A stretch of DNA of 64,000 nucleotides from Auanema rhodensis (taxonomy: Eukaryota > Animalia > Nematoda), in contig OZ059896.1 in the NCBI GenBank assembly GCA_964057225.1, positions 11,408,001 through 11,472,000 on the forward strand. Reading direction: 5' to 3'. The notes beneath the pieces were generated by a model. That model saw nothing but the letters and a program-made list of their open reading frames with translations, was not told the DNA's origin and searched no databases. The position numbers were made by a program, and so were the translations under genes. Shown here piece after piece: positions 47,376 to 60,579 of this stretch. Every line of letters begins with the position of its first letter. Positions within the stretch are counted from its first letter, which is position 1.

Positions 47376-50300
47376 AGTAGAGAGCCGTGCAAAATTTACT
47401 AACCACGCCCCCAAACAGCTGTCAAAAACATACTTTTGGGGGCGTCAGCTGCTAAAAACATACTTTTGGGGCGCGTCAGCTGTCAAAAACATATTTTTGA
47501 GCGTCAGCTGTTAAAATCATATTTTAGGATCATGGTTCATGGATTTTCCTTTTTTAAATTTAAAAATCATGATTTAAAGCATGATTTTTTTTTTTTTTTT
47601 TTTTTTAAATCAAATTTTAAATTTGTTTTTTCAAATGTATGTATATAGTTTTAATTATTTTTAAATATATTAAGTAAAAATAAAAATTATAAATTTTAAA
47701 TATTTAAATATGTAAATTTGTTTTTTAAATTTTATTTATTTATTAAATTTATTAATAATGTTTGTTTACTTGATTTGTTTATTTTTTATTGTATTGTGTT
47801 TGTATTGTTTTTATTTTAAAGAACAGTAAAATTTTTGCATGTATATCGTTTTGTTCACCGTACTTGTTACGGGTAATTCAATGGAACACATATCGAAGGT
47901 TAATTCGATAAGAACGATATGAAATACAAAATTTAATGGAACACATATCGAAGGTTAATTCGATAAGAACGATATAAAATACCAAAATTTAATGGAACAC
48001 ATATCGAAAGTTAATTCGATAAGAACGACATTAAATTATTAATTTTTGAAATTACAAATTGTTATTAATTATATTTATTCTAACAAGTAAAAGTTTCAAA
48101 TTATAATAAAAGATTAGTTTAAAACTTTATTTTACTAATATAACAATACAATAACTAAATAGAGCACACATTGAAGGTAAATACAATAAGATTAACAAAC
48201 AGTTGCGCTGACCTCAATGAAACGCATAAAGTTAATTTAATAAGAACTAATAACAAAAATTAATCCGATGGGGACAATAAAAACAGATGTATTCAATAAG
48301 CTTATTTATTTTAAAGTTTATCGCAACTGCTAGTTTTGACAGCTGTACCCAAATCCATGTTACATAACAAATTACAATGCCAACAGCAATGTGTAGACTG
48401 ATATATTCATTATATCAAGGTACAATGGCTGCTAATAGGTTGTGTCTTTTTGTTTATTTGTTTGTAAACTTTTTCTTTTTTCAGTTATAAACGTTTATGT
48501 GAAGAGCTAGGATTTGATTATGAAGAGATTAATCAGCTCAGGTAATTTAACAATATTTTGAATCTTTATATATATTTTGTTTTTTAGTAAACGTATAAAG
48601 TTTACCGAGGCTGGTGGGATCGAGCTCTGTGAGCCCACATCACCCACTTTTAACAGTGGGCCCTCATCATCAAGGGTTATTGAAGTAATAACCTTGGATG
48701 ACAGTGATGAGTAAGCGATATTAAAAATTATAACAATTAGTTTTTTCTTTTTAAGAGAATGGGATCCCGCTACCCCATCAACCAGTGGAGGGCAAGTCGG
48801 ATATGGAGCGGCTTTCAACGATGTCTGTAAAATAGAGGTGCGATCTTTTATTTACATATCATTTCATAATATATCTTTTGAAACATGAAATTTTCTCTTG
48901 CTCCAGTTGCATATTTTGAAAACATTTTGAAATTTATTTCTCTTTTTCAATTGCATTCATAAAATTCTCTCTCTCTCATCTTTACATTTCATCTCAATCT
49001 ATATCTTTTATCAAACAAATTGCAAGTATTTTGAAATTTACATATTCATTCTTTTGAACAGCATTCATTTTAAAATCTTTACATTTCATCACACTATCTA
49101 TCTATCTTTCCTCATCTATCTTTCTTTCAACCAATTTTGAATTCTTACAAATTATAAATATTTCAAACATTTTGAACTAGTAAAATAATAAAACACAATC
49201 TTGACCTTTTCATTTATTTTTTAACATTAACAAATGTTTATAAAAGTTTTTTCAAAGTTGAAAAAAAAAAAACTTTATATTTAAAAATCAAATGCCATTT
49301 ATTTTTAAACATTAATAAAAATAATTTAAAGAAAAGTAAATTTATAAAAAGTTATAAACAAAAATTATTTATATTTAAACTAAAAGCGTATAACCATTAT
49401 AAAAAGTGTGTATTATAGTGGTCACACCGACGCATAAAACGCACTGGTCGGTTCACCAACGTGGTCGTTAGATCGCTCACGTTCCCACATTTGGAAGCCA
49501 TTAATGAGCCAATGCATGTTGTCATGCCGCGGCTATTTAATGAGTTTCTTGATCGGTGCCTTGCTGAAAGTGGTGTGCCAGATAAACAAAAAGCGCTATT
49601 TTGTCTATCAATAGAGCACCCATCCTTTGAAAAGGGATCCATATTTATGGATTTCCGTAGAAGGGAGCATTTGGATGGCGTTGCCATCATGAATGCCATC
49701 AGCAAGGTGCAGCAATCAAAGCGAGAGGCTGTAATTAGCCAGGCAATGAATATTGAAATGTATGTGTTTGATGAGAGACCAGTGCAGCCAAGCCTGATGC
49801 CTGGTGAAGGTAGAGTTGGTTTCTATTTTGATGCCGAACTCAAAATACCTGGCACAATTGAGAACACTGATACACATTGCCTGGCTAGAGCAGCAGTTGT
49901 GGGAATGTGGAGAGCCGATGAAGAGGCAGCAGAAGATGTTGTTGAGAAGCGGAGGATTCAAAATCTTCGTCGCAACTACATCTTGTTGCCAAATCAACCA
50001 CATCATATCAATTTATTGAATAGGTGTGGTATTTCTGTACATTTACCAAATTATAATTTGAACCATTTAAATATTATTGCAAGTTGTAATACAGACTATA
50101 AGTTTGTAGTATACGCTAGGCCACCTGGACAGCGTATGTACGCTATTCAGCGTATCTTTAATGAAACGGCTAGCAAAGTGGTAACACTAGGCTACCGAAA
50201 TAATCATTATGACTGTATTACAACTTGTAGTAGATCACAGATTTTTGATGGTATTATATGCCAACACTGTAAATTATCTTACAAAACAGTGTTGCATAGA

Positions 50301-51389
50301 TGTAAAGCCAAGTGTAAGAAATGCCACACCTTAAAATGTAATTCGATGGAAAATGTGGTTGAGAGTAGCATAAGATGTGATAGTTGTAGAGTTTTGTTCA
50401 AAACTCGTCAATGCTTTGACAGGCATATTAGAAAAACATGTCGAATGTTTAAGGTAATTTAAAAAATATATATAAAATTTAACATGACTAAATTCAGACA
50501 TGTGAAAACTGTGATCATTATCACAGGGTGCGTGCAGATAGACCGCACAATTGCAATGAGAAATTTTGCAAAAAGTGTGGGCAAACAAAGCCTGAAGATC
50601 ACTCTTGTTGTTGGGTACCACCTAACGACAAGAAGAAGGATCAGTTAAAAAAGAGGCAAGAAAAATACAAGGTTTGTATTTTACATCTTTACAAGTGTAA
50701 TGCTTACTTGTTTAAGATTATATTCTATGACTTTGAAACGGTTGTGTTAAAAAGCGGTACAAATGTTCATGAATATGCAGATGAACAATGGCCCAATATG
50801 GTTGTGTATAATAAATTTTGTGAAAGTTGTATAGATGCCAACTCATGTGAAAAATGCACAACCAAGGAGGGCCATTTTGGGTATCAACAAGGTGATAGTG
50901 AATGGTCTGTAACAGATCGTTTCCTTGATTGGTTACTCAACTCTGTTGAGAATGATAATGCAATTTTGATTGCGCATAATGGTTCACGCTTTGACATACA
51001 TTTCTTGGTGTCTAGGCTGATAAACCGTGGTATATATCCTGATCCAATTTTAAATGGGACCAAGATTATAAGCATGGTTGTCAAGCCTTTAAGAGGTCAA
51101 AAATTTAATCATTTATATTTTAAAGATAGTTATTTATTAGTGCCTTTACCCCTATCAGCGTTACCCAAGGCATTTGGTGTACCTGATATGAGTAAAGGAC
51201 AGTTTCCTTACCTCTTTAACCATCCAATAAATTATGGCAAAGTGTTACCATCTTTACCACCAAAACAGTACTATTGTACTGCTAGAATGAAAGCAGAAGA
51301 CCTAGCTTCATTCAATATTTGGTATGAAGAGCGTAATCAAAGAGCGTTTGATTTTGATGAAGAGCTTTTGGAATATTGTAGGACAGATG
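47376..51389 (+). mobile_element. Maverick element C (subfamily B), left part; interrupted by D
   Basis: AGTAGAGAGCCGTGC terminus; TIR to about 48217; pPolB exon 5 peptide identical to B. Confidence 0.93.
48425..51389 (+). pseudogene. pPolB of C, exons 1-7, disrupted at the ExoIII motif YCRTD
   Basis: Sequence ...tgtaggacagatg is followed directly by the D terminus. Confidence 0.9.
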
Positions 51390-52989
51390 AGTAGAGAGCC
51401 ATGCCGAATTTACTAACCACGCCCCCAAACAGTTGCTAAAAACATACTTTTGAGGGCGTCAGCTGCTAAAAACATACTTTTGGGGGCGTCAGCTGTCAAA
51501 ATCATATTTTCGGCGTCAGCTGTCAAAAATATACTTTTCCTCCCGAGGCAGGCTCTCGAGCCTGCGCATGGATCAAAACGCATGATTTTTTTTTTTTTAA
51601 ATTATTTTTTAATGTATTATTTTAAATGAATTTTTATTATTTATATATTTGTTAATTGTATTTGTAAATATTTTTAAACTTATTTCTTTTTAAATGAATT
51701 TTTATTATTAATATATGTTTTAAATATTATTATTTAATTATTTCTTTTTTAAATGTATTTTATATATTTTTAAAATATTATTAAAATTATCTCCTTTTAA
51801 ATGTATTTTTAATATATATACATTTGAATAAACTTTTTAATATATATTGTGTTTGTTTTAATTTATAAAATTTGAATATTTTTCAAAGCTAATAAATATG
51901 TTCACCGTACCTCTTATGGGTTAATTAATGGAACACATATCGAAGGTTAATTCGATAAGAACGATATGAAATACAAAAGTTAATGGAACACATATCGAAA
52001 GTTAATTCGATAAGAAAGATATGAAATACAAAAGTTAATGGAACACATATCGAAGGTTAATTCGATAAGATCGTTAAAACAGGTGCACTGACCCACACAA
52101 GAACCACATGGCAAACGTTTTGTTCATAAAAATATGATAAATAGCTGTACACCACATGTACCAAGTTGTCTAATATTTTCAAATTACATGAAAGAATAGT
52201 TTAAAGAACCTTTTTTTTTTTAAATTTTATATTAGTATATTCTAATATACTAACTCAATAAAACACATATCGAAGGTTAATTCGATAGGATTCACAAACA
52301 ATTGTGTTGTTTCCAATGGAACACATATCGAAGATTAATTCGATAAGATCGTTAAAACAGGTGCGCTGCCCCACACATGTACCACATGGCAAAAGTTTTG
52401 TTCATAAAAATATGATAAATAGCTGTACAGCACAAGTACCCATAACGCTAAAGAATACTTACTATGCCAAGGGGTCATGGGTATATAGTTTTTTAGTATC
52501 AAAAATGTTAATGGAACACATATCGAATATCAATTCGATAAGATTGGTGAAACAGATACGTTGACCTACAATGAACCAAATGGCAAAGCACTTGTTCATT
52601 AAAGTATAACAAATAGCTGTATAGCATATGCATCAAGATTTCTAATATTCTCAAATTACATGGAAAGAAGAGTATATAGAAAAAGTTTTAGTGTGTATAT
52701 TACTAATATTCTAATACCCTAACTCAAAGAACACATATCGAAGATTAATTCGATAAGATTGTTGAAACAGTTGCGCTGACCACAACAATACATGCGTATT
52801 TATTAACAGCGGATTGGCAACTGCCACTGTTGACAGCTGTAATATGATACAATGTTGAGTGTTGGCAACATTGTTACGTGACAATAAAACAACTGACTGT
52901 TCTTGCAATGAAGTGTAATATAAATGTGTAAAATGAAATATGGATAACTACCTCTCAGAGTTTGCATAATTTTATTCTAACAAGATACA

Positions 52990-55900
52990 ATGGCTGCTAA
53001 CAGGTTGTGTTTTTTCCTATTTTTTTTTTAATTAAAATATTTATTTTCAGTTATAAGCGTGTATGTGAAGAGTTGGGGTTCGATTATGAGGAAATTTATC
53101 AACTCAGGTAATTTAACAATATTTTTAAAATATACATCTTTGTTTTTTTTTTTTAGTAAGCGCATAAAACTTACCGAGAGTGGTGGTGTTGAGCTGTGTG
53201 ACCCCGCAATAACCACTTCCAATAGTGGTCCCTCGTCATCGAGGGTTATTGAAGTTATCACCTTGGATGACAGCGATGATGAGTAAGCTATCATATAATG
53301 AAAAAGCATGAAATTTTTATTTTCAGAGAATGGAATCCCGAGATGCCATCAACTAGTGGAGAACAATTAGGAGGCGGTTCATCCTTCAACGATGTTTGTC
53401 AAATAAAGGTACGAGCTTTTAACCTTTTTTTTTTTTTTCATGTTACAATTCTTTTCACTCTATATCTTTTATTTGATTACATATCTTGAGCAATTTTGAA
53501 TTCTGCCATCTATTTTTAAACAAATCATCATACATTTGGTGGCTTTTTGAAAAATAAAATAAAATCTTATCCCAAATCCATGCCATAATATCATTCATTA
53601 AATTTTTATTCATTAAAATACACTTAAATTTAAATATTTTGATGCTCAAAAACTGACACATTTAAATATTTTGTATTTTTTAAATCATTTCACTCCATCT
53701 CTTTTATTTAATTTCATATTTTAAACAATTTTAAATTTTTACCACTACTTTATAATTTTTATTTATTAAACTTTTTAATCATTAAATTACACTTAAATTT
53801 AAATATTGTGATGCTCAAAAACTGAAACATGAAATTGATTTATATTTTCTAAGCCATTTCACTTCATCTCTTTTATTTAATCACATATCTTGAACAAATT
53901 TAAATTTCTATCACTTTTTCATAATTTCGTTTATTAAATTTTTAATCACTAAAAAACATTTAAATTTCAATATTGTGATGCTCAAAAACTGAAACATTTA
54001 AATATTTTGTATTTTCTAAACCATTTCACTTCATCTCTTTTATTTATATATATTTTAAACAATTTTATAATTCTACTGTTATTTAATTTTTATTTATTAA
54101 ATTTTTAAACATTAAAAAAAAAAAAATTGATGCTCAAAAACTGAAACATTTAAATATTTTGTATTTTTCTAATCGTTTTGAAACAAACTAAACATATATT
54201 TGAAACCATTTCAATTAAATAAAAAATAACGACTATAACAAACAAAGAGACATAATAATTTTAAGCAAAAGATGAAACAATTCATATATATTCTTAAAAC
54301 TATTTTTATTTAAACTTTAAAAAAAAAATAAAAAAGCATGTAAACTGTTATAAATGTTGTTTATTATAGTGGTCACACCGGCGCATAAAACGCACCGGTC
54401 GTTTTACCAACGTGGTCGTTCGATCGCTCACGTTCCCACACTTGGAAAATGTTGATGAACCAATGCATGTTATCATGCCGCGGTTATTCAACGAATTCCT
54501 TGATCGTTGTCTTGCTGAAAGCGGTGTGCCTGATAAGCAAAAAGCCTTATTTTGTTTATCAATTGAGCACCCTTCCTTTGAAAAGGGCTCCATATTTATG
54601 GACTTTCGTAGAAGGGAGCATCTGGATGGCGTAGCCATTATGAATGCCATCAGCAAGGTGCAGCAATCAAAACGAGAGGCTGTGATCAGCCAGGCAATGA
54701 ATATTGAGATGTATGTGTTTGATGAAAGGCCAGCGCAGCCAAGCCTGATGCCTGGTGAAGGTAGAGTCGGGTTTTATTTTGACCCCGAACTCAAAATACC
54801 TGGAACCATTGCCAACACTGACTCACATTGTCTGGCTAGATCAGCAGTTGTGGGAATGTGGAAAGCTGACGAGTTGGCTACTGAAGATGGCGATGAGAAG
54901 CGAAGGCTGCAAAACCTTCGTCGCAATTACATCTTATTGCCAAATCAGCCACACCATATCAATTTATTAAATAGGTGTGGTATTTCTGTAGATTTACCAA
55001 ATTATAATTTAATTCATTTAAACATTATTGCCAGCTGTAATACAAACTATAAGTTTGTAGTATATGCTAGACCGCCTGGACAGCGTATGTACACTATCCA
55101 GAAAATATTTAATGAAGCGGCTAGCAAATTGGTAACACTAGGTTACCGAAATAATCACTATGATTGTATTACAGCTGGTAGTCGTTCGAAAATTTTTGAT
55201 GGTATTATATGTCAACACTGTAAGTTATCTTACAATACAGTGTTGCATAGATGTAAAGCCAAATGTAAAAAATGCCACACCTATAATTGTAATGCGATGG
55301 GGAATGTGGTTGAGAGTAGCGTGAGGTGTGATAGTTGTAGAGTTTTGTTTAAAACTCAACAATGCTTCGATAGGCATTTGCGAAAAGCCTGCCGAAAATT
55401 CAAGGTATTTTGTGAAAATTTAAAGTTGTACATAACAAGCTTAAATTCAGACATGTGTGGCGTGTGATCACTATCACATGGTCCGTGCTGATAGACCGCA
55501 CAATTGCAATGAAAAATTCTGCAAAAAGTGCGGTCAGACAAAGCCTGAAGAGCACTCTTGTTGTTGGGTTCCACCTAACGACAAGAAGAAGGCTCAGCTA
55601 AAAAAGAAGCAAGAAAAGTTCAAGGTTTGTATTTAACATCTTTACAAGTGTAATGCGTACTTGTTTAAGATTATATTTTATGACTTTGAAACAGTTGTGT
55701 TAAAAAACGGCACAAATGTTCATGAATATGCAGATGAACAATGGCCCAATATGGTTGTGTATAACAAATTTTGTGAAAGTTGTATAGATGCCAATTCCTG
55801 TGAGAAATGCACAACCAAGGAGGGCCATTTTGGGTACCAACAAGGTGATAGTGAATGGTCTGTAACAGATCGTTTCCTTGATTGGTTACTCAACTTTTCT

Positions 55901-58603
55901 GAGAATGATAATGCAATTTTGATTGCGCACAACGGGTCGCGCTTTGACATACATTTCTTGGTGTCTAGGCTGATAAACCGTGGAATATATCCTGACCCCA
56001 TTTTAAATGGGACCAAGATTATTAGCATGGTTGTCAAGCCTTTAAGAGGTCAAAACATTAACCATTTATGTTTTAAAGATAGTTATTTACTAGTGCCTTT
56101 ACCCTTATCAGCGTTACCCAAGGCATTTGGTGTACCTGATATGAGTAAAGGACAATTCCCATACCTCTTTAACCACCCAATAAATTATGGCAAAGTGCTA
56201 CCATCCTTGCCACCAAAGCATTACTATTGTACTGCTAGAATGAAAGCAGAAGACCTAGCTTCATTCAATATTTGGTATGAGGAGCGTAATCAAAGTGTGT
56301 TTGATTTTGATGAGGAGCTTCTGGAATATTGTAGGACAGATGTCCGTATTTTAACCAACTGTATGAAAGTGTACATGAAGTTGGCCACCGCCACCACTGG
56401 CTGGAATCCTGTCATACAATGTATGACATTTGCCAGTTTCTCTTTATTCCAGGCAAGTTTTTTAAAATACAAGCATTTTCAAAACTAGTATATTACAGTT
56501 GAAAATGAACCACATTAAAGAGAACCAAGTGGGTATTCTGCCTGAGACTGGTTATTATGCCGGCCAGAAGCAGAGTATAATTGCCATAAAATACATAAAA
56601 TGGCTAGAACACGGATTAGGCCGACCATTAATGCATAAGCTTAATGGTGGTGAATTTGTTGTGAGAGTAGATGGCCAACGCTATCTACTTGATGCTTATG
56701 ACAGTGTGGCTAATCACGGCTATGAGGTGAGTAATTTGTAATAAATGTAAAAAAAAAATGAAAAATTTTGTAGTTTAATGGCTGTATTTATCATGGTTGC
56801 CCCCAGTGCACCAACAAGACTGCTATTGCACCAGGCAGAAATGGTGAAACAATGGAAGAGGTAACCAATACTTTTTTAAATCATTTTAAGCTGAAACATT
56901 TAGGTTTATGAAAAAACCATGAAAAGGCTTGAGGCTATTCAAAGCCAGGGCATTAGTGTAACCACTGTGTGGGAACACGAAATTACTGCTCAAATGTCAT
57001 CAAATGAGCAAATGGCAAATTTTATGAAGGACACTGAGGTTGTAACTCGATTGGCACCTCGAGATGCCTTCACCGGCGGCCGAACTCAAACATATAAGCT
57101 TCTGGCCCAAGCTTCGGATAGATACTCACTAGAGTATGTGGACTTTTGTTCACTTTATCCATATGTAACGGCATTTGATGCCTATTACCCTGTGGGTAAT
57201 CCTAAAGTGATTACTGAGGGCTTTGAGAGTTTTGAGGCATGCTGCCCATACAAGGGCCTTGTGAAATGTGACGTGCTTGCACCCACAAATTTGTTGTATC
57301 CTGTATTAGGAACACGCATAGGCGGTAAATTAATTTTTACAAACTGCCGCACATGTGCAAACAGAGGCAAAAATGTAACATGCCCGCACCAAGATGATGA
57401 AGACGCTCGAAAGCTGCATCTGACTGTAACGCATGTAGAGCTCGAATGTGCCATACAGCGTGGCTACAAAGTGCTTCATGTTTATGAGGTTTGGCACTGG
57501 GATGAATGGCAGCAAGGCGGCCTATTCAAGGATTTTGTACAAAAGTACATAAAAATTAAGCAAGAGGCATCGGGCTGGCCTAAGCCAAATATGACAGAGG
57601 CTGAAAAGGTATGTGTCATGAAAAGTATGGCATTAAATAGAATTTTACAGCTAAAATATCTCCAAGAGCACGAGGAGAACACTGGTGTTGCTCTGGAGAG
57701 CAACAAAATTGAAAAGAATGCGGCCATGCGTAGCATTGCCAAACTACAGCTGAATAGGTATGTAAACTTTTAAAAATAAAAATTTACAAATTTGTTTATA
57801 GTGTATGGGGTAAAATGGGTCAAAGACCGGATAAAGCCCAAACCAAGATTATTGGTGTTGAGGATCCTGAAATTGGTAGGATCATAACTGATCCTGCAAG
57901 GGAACTCACGGGCTTCAAAATTGTGGACGATGTGGCGTACTGTACAACAGTGCCAGAAGACTCACACCTGGCACCAGCGCCGTTTACAAATGTAGCCATA
58001 GCGGCTTATACAACCGCTCATGCAAGGCTACTATTGTATAAGGCAATGGAAAAAATTGGAAAGAACTTGGTGTATACAGGTAATTTTATACTTTGTATAC
58101 AATTTAAACGTACATCATTTAGACACCGATTCTCTAATTTATTTAAAATGCCTCGATCAGCCTGATCCAATTGAGGATATGAAGGGTGAATGGTTAGGTA
58201 AACTAACCTCAGAAATACCCGATGGTTGGTCAATGACCAAATTTGTTTCACCAGCTGCAAAAGTTTATAGTTATGAGCTAGTAAATGCAGCTGGTCAGGT
58301 CAAGTATATCACCAAGGCAAAGGGAGTGGTAAGTATAAAAATATATTATTGAGAAACTTTTTAAAATTACAGACGCTGGACCACACGGCAGCCACCGTGG
58401 TAAACTATCAAAGTATGGAGCGATTGGTTCGAGGACTCGTGATGGATGGAGAAAAATTGGTTTTAAAAACCAAAACAACGTTATTAAAGAGGCAGCTTGG
58501 TGCCATATCCACGATGGACATGACAAAGAGTACCAAGGTCGTAATGGATAAACTTTGTTATCTAGACGATTTTAGTACTTTACCCTATGGTTATTGTGAA
58601 TAA
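52990..58603 (+). CDS. Protein-primed DNA polymerase B, 14 exons, about 1370 aa (D)
   Basis: Exons 52990-53003, 53051-53107, 53157-53282, 53327-53408, 54370-55404, 55451-55624, 55670-56452, 56499-56726, 56774-56860, 56904-57608, 57651-57757, 57802-58079, 58123-58328 and 58373-58603 total 4113 nt with consistent phases. Confidence 0.92.
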
Positions 58604-58741
58604 TTTTTAATATATTTGAATTTATAAATTTTATTATCGCGTGTATATTTGTATATGGTTGTATTTATAGATTTTTATGTATAGTTGTATTAATAAATTT
58701 TATTCTTCTCATCAAATGTTTTAAAGAGTTTATTACATACA

Positions 58742-60076
58742 TTACAAACTGGTATCAATATATGGAGCACGATTGTTGTCAATTGAAAGAATAGAGTCAT
58801 ATTCTGCATAAACAATAGCATATAAACCCTCTTGCGGCGTTTGTTGACCAAATTCCAATTTCAGGGCCACATTACCTTGTCGTATAACATCAAATAACTC
58901 GGACGAGTGTACAGTCGGTGAAATATCAAATACAAAAAATGTGAAGCCGGTTTTATACATTGCTGGTGTAATACCATTGGATGAATCTGTACGACCAAGA
59001 CCCAAACCCTCCAACATGTCAATATATGCTGTGGCATAGGAAGAACGCCATTCTAAATTATAAGGGCGGGTAGGTATTACCCGATTGTTGAGCGTCAAGT
59101 ATATATTTTTCAATTCAAACGGTTTAAAGTTGAATGGCGAATGTTTAAAAGTACCATTATAGGCGTGTGCGCCGACAAGACCTACTACAACACGTTTCGG
59201 TGTATGCGACGTGAATAATATGTTATTGGGTGAATCCAAACGGCCTCCTTCTATGAAATAAGAGCGCATTTTCACTGACGTCATGGGGTAGTGTATTCGT
59301 TCCTTTACAAGTTTATCTTCTATAGCCATAGCTAATCCAGCGTTTAGATCAAACTCTTGAATAAGCAAGTGCACATCGTTGATATCTATTTTCAGGTTTG
59401 GAAACTCCTCCTTCGTTGCAGCATCCTTGCTTTCATTATTCCATCCAAGTGTGTCAATTAAGAAATTATCACGGTTTGGATATGCAGTTAGCTCCATTTT
59501 TGAATAGTTTACAAACAGTCGTTCCTGATTGAATAAGTCGATACTGATGGGAGCAGCCATCTCACACAATATGCCATTTTTAACAAGCCCTTGTCGCGCT
59601 CTAAAGCCAGGACTGGCTGCATTATCTATATATCTATCCGCATAATAGCCTGATATGGCAAGTTTGCTCTCTTTAACATCGTTGCTATACATTAGAATAT
59701 TCTCAATATATGTTTTGTAGGCATGATTTACGGTAGAGTCATACACGCTAACATCACCAATTTTTAAATGATACGAGTGTATCAAACTGGCTGCAAATTG
59801 TTGGCATGGTGCAAAAACAAGGTTGTCTGGTACCGGATCACCGTTTGTGGTTACAATTTTGAATTTTACATTCAACCAACACCTTCTCAGATTAAGAAAT
59901 GATTTGGAATTTTGGGCTATAACAAATTCCCATGGTCCTTGAGGAAGAAAAGTATTTTTTAAAGGAACTTGTACAGTACGAGTGGATTCAACACCTAATG
60001 CCGACGCCGGTATGTCACTATAATTAATATTAGGTAAAAGTGCTTGTGCTGATTTTGAATCTATCAATTTAGCCAT
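58742..60076 (-). CDS. Major capsid protein (D), intact 444 aa
   Basis: Homolog of 26856-28190. Confidence 0.92.
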   Translation of the reverse strand: MAKLIDSKSAQALLPNINYSDIPASALGVESTRTVQVPLKNTFLPQGPWEFVIAQNSKSFLNLRRCWLNVKFKIVTTNGDPVPDNLVFAPCQQFAASLIHSYHLKIGDVSVYDSTVNHAYKTYIENILMYSNDVKESKLAISGYYADRYIDNAASPGFRARQGLVKNGILCEMAAPISIDLFNQERLFVNYSKMELTAYPNRDNFLIDTLGWNNESKDAATKEEFPNLKIDINDVHLLIQEFDLNAGLAMAIEDKLVKERIHYPMTSVKMRSYFIEGGRLDSPNNILFTSHTPKRVVVGLVGAHAYNGTFKHSPFNFKPFELKNIYLTLNNRVIPTRPYNLEWRSSYATAYIDMLEGLGLGRTDSSNGITPAMYKTGFTFFVFDISPTVHSSELFDVIRQGNVALKLEFGQQTPQEGLYAIVYAEYDSILSIDNNRAPYIDTSL

Positions 60077-60529
60077 TTAAATACGATACGACCGCTCACG
60101 AGTTATGCACAGACGCTTATGAGGTTTTGTGGTTTTGCGTCGTCGCCGCTTGCCCAAACCGGTAAGATCTCGTATAGCCTGCCGGCCGGCTGTTTTAAGA
60201 GTTTGCTTGATATTATCGCCCTTGAGCACCCCATCAACAATTTCATTGCTAGTTTTTAGCAACTGGCCGCCAAGAGGTGAATTTACAACTGGACTATTGC
60301 TTACAGCACTGGATAATGCATTCCTTCCAGCATTGATGAGATTTTGGGCTATAGGTGATTGAATAATGCGTGGTAAAAACGATGCCAATGTTGCCAGTAT
60401 ACCACCCAGGCCATGACCTCTCTGCATACCACGTTGAAACATCATTCCACTAAATGGCGCCCCACCCATTTGTTGATTCAAAAGTGTTGTCCATTGAATT
60501 GAGTTCAAGTCTAGAAGAAGGTGTGGCAT
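60077..60529 (-). CDS. Putative core precursor (D)
   Basis: QRGHGLGG and LTGLGKRRRRK. Confidence 0.75.
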   Translation of the reverse strand: MPHLLLDLNSIQWTTLLNQQMGGAPFSGMMFQRGMQRGHGLGGILATLASFLPRIIQSPIAQNLINAGRNALSSAVSNSPVVNSPLGGQLLKTSNEIVDGVLKGDNIKQTLKTAGRQAIRDLTGLGKRRRRKTTKPHKRLCITRERSYRI

Positions 60530-60579
60530 ATTGAACCGCACGTGCGCAATACAAAAGTTACACTAGATCATTTTACTAA

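Noticed and set aside
47376-47414. N-terminal MGAWLVNFARLST of the 551-aa RT ORF as a real RT-Maverick fusion
   Set aside because: It is read-through into the reverse strand of the TIR of element C.
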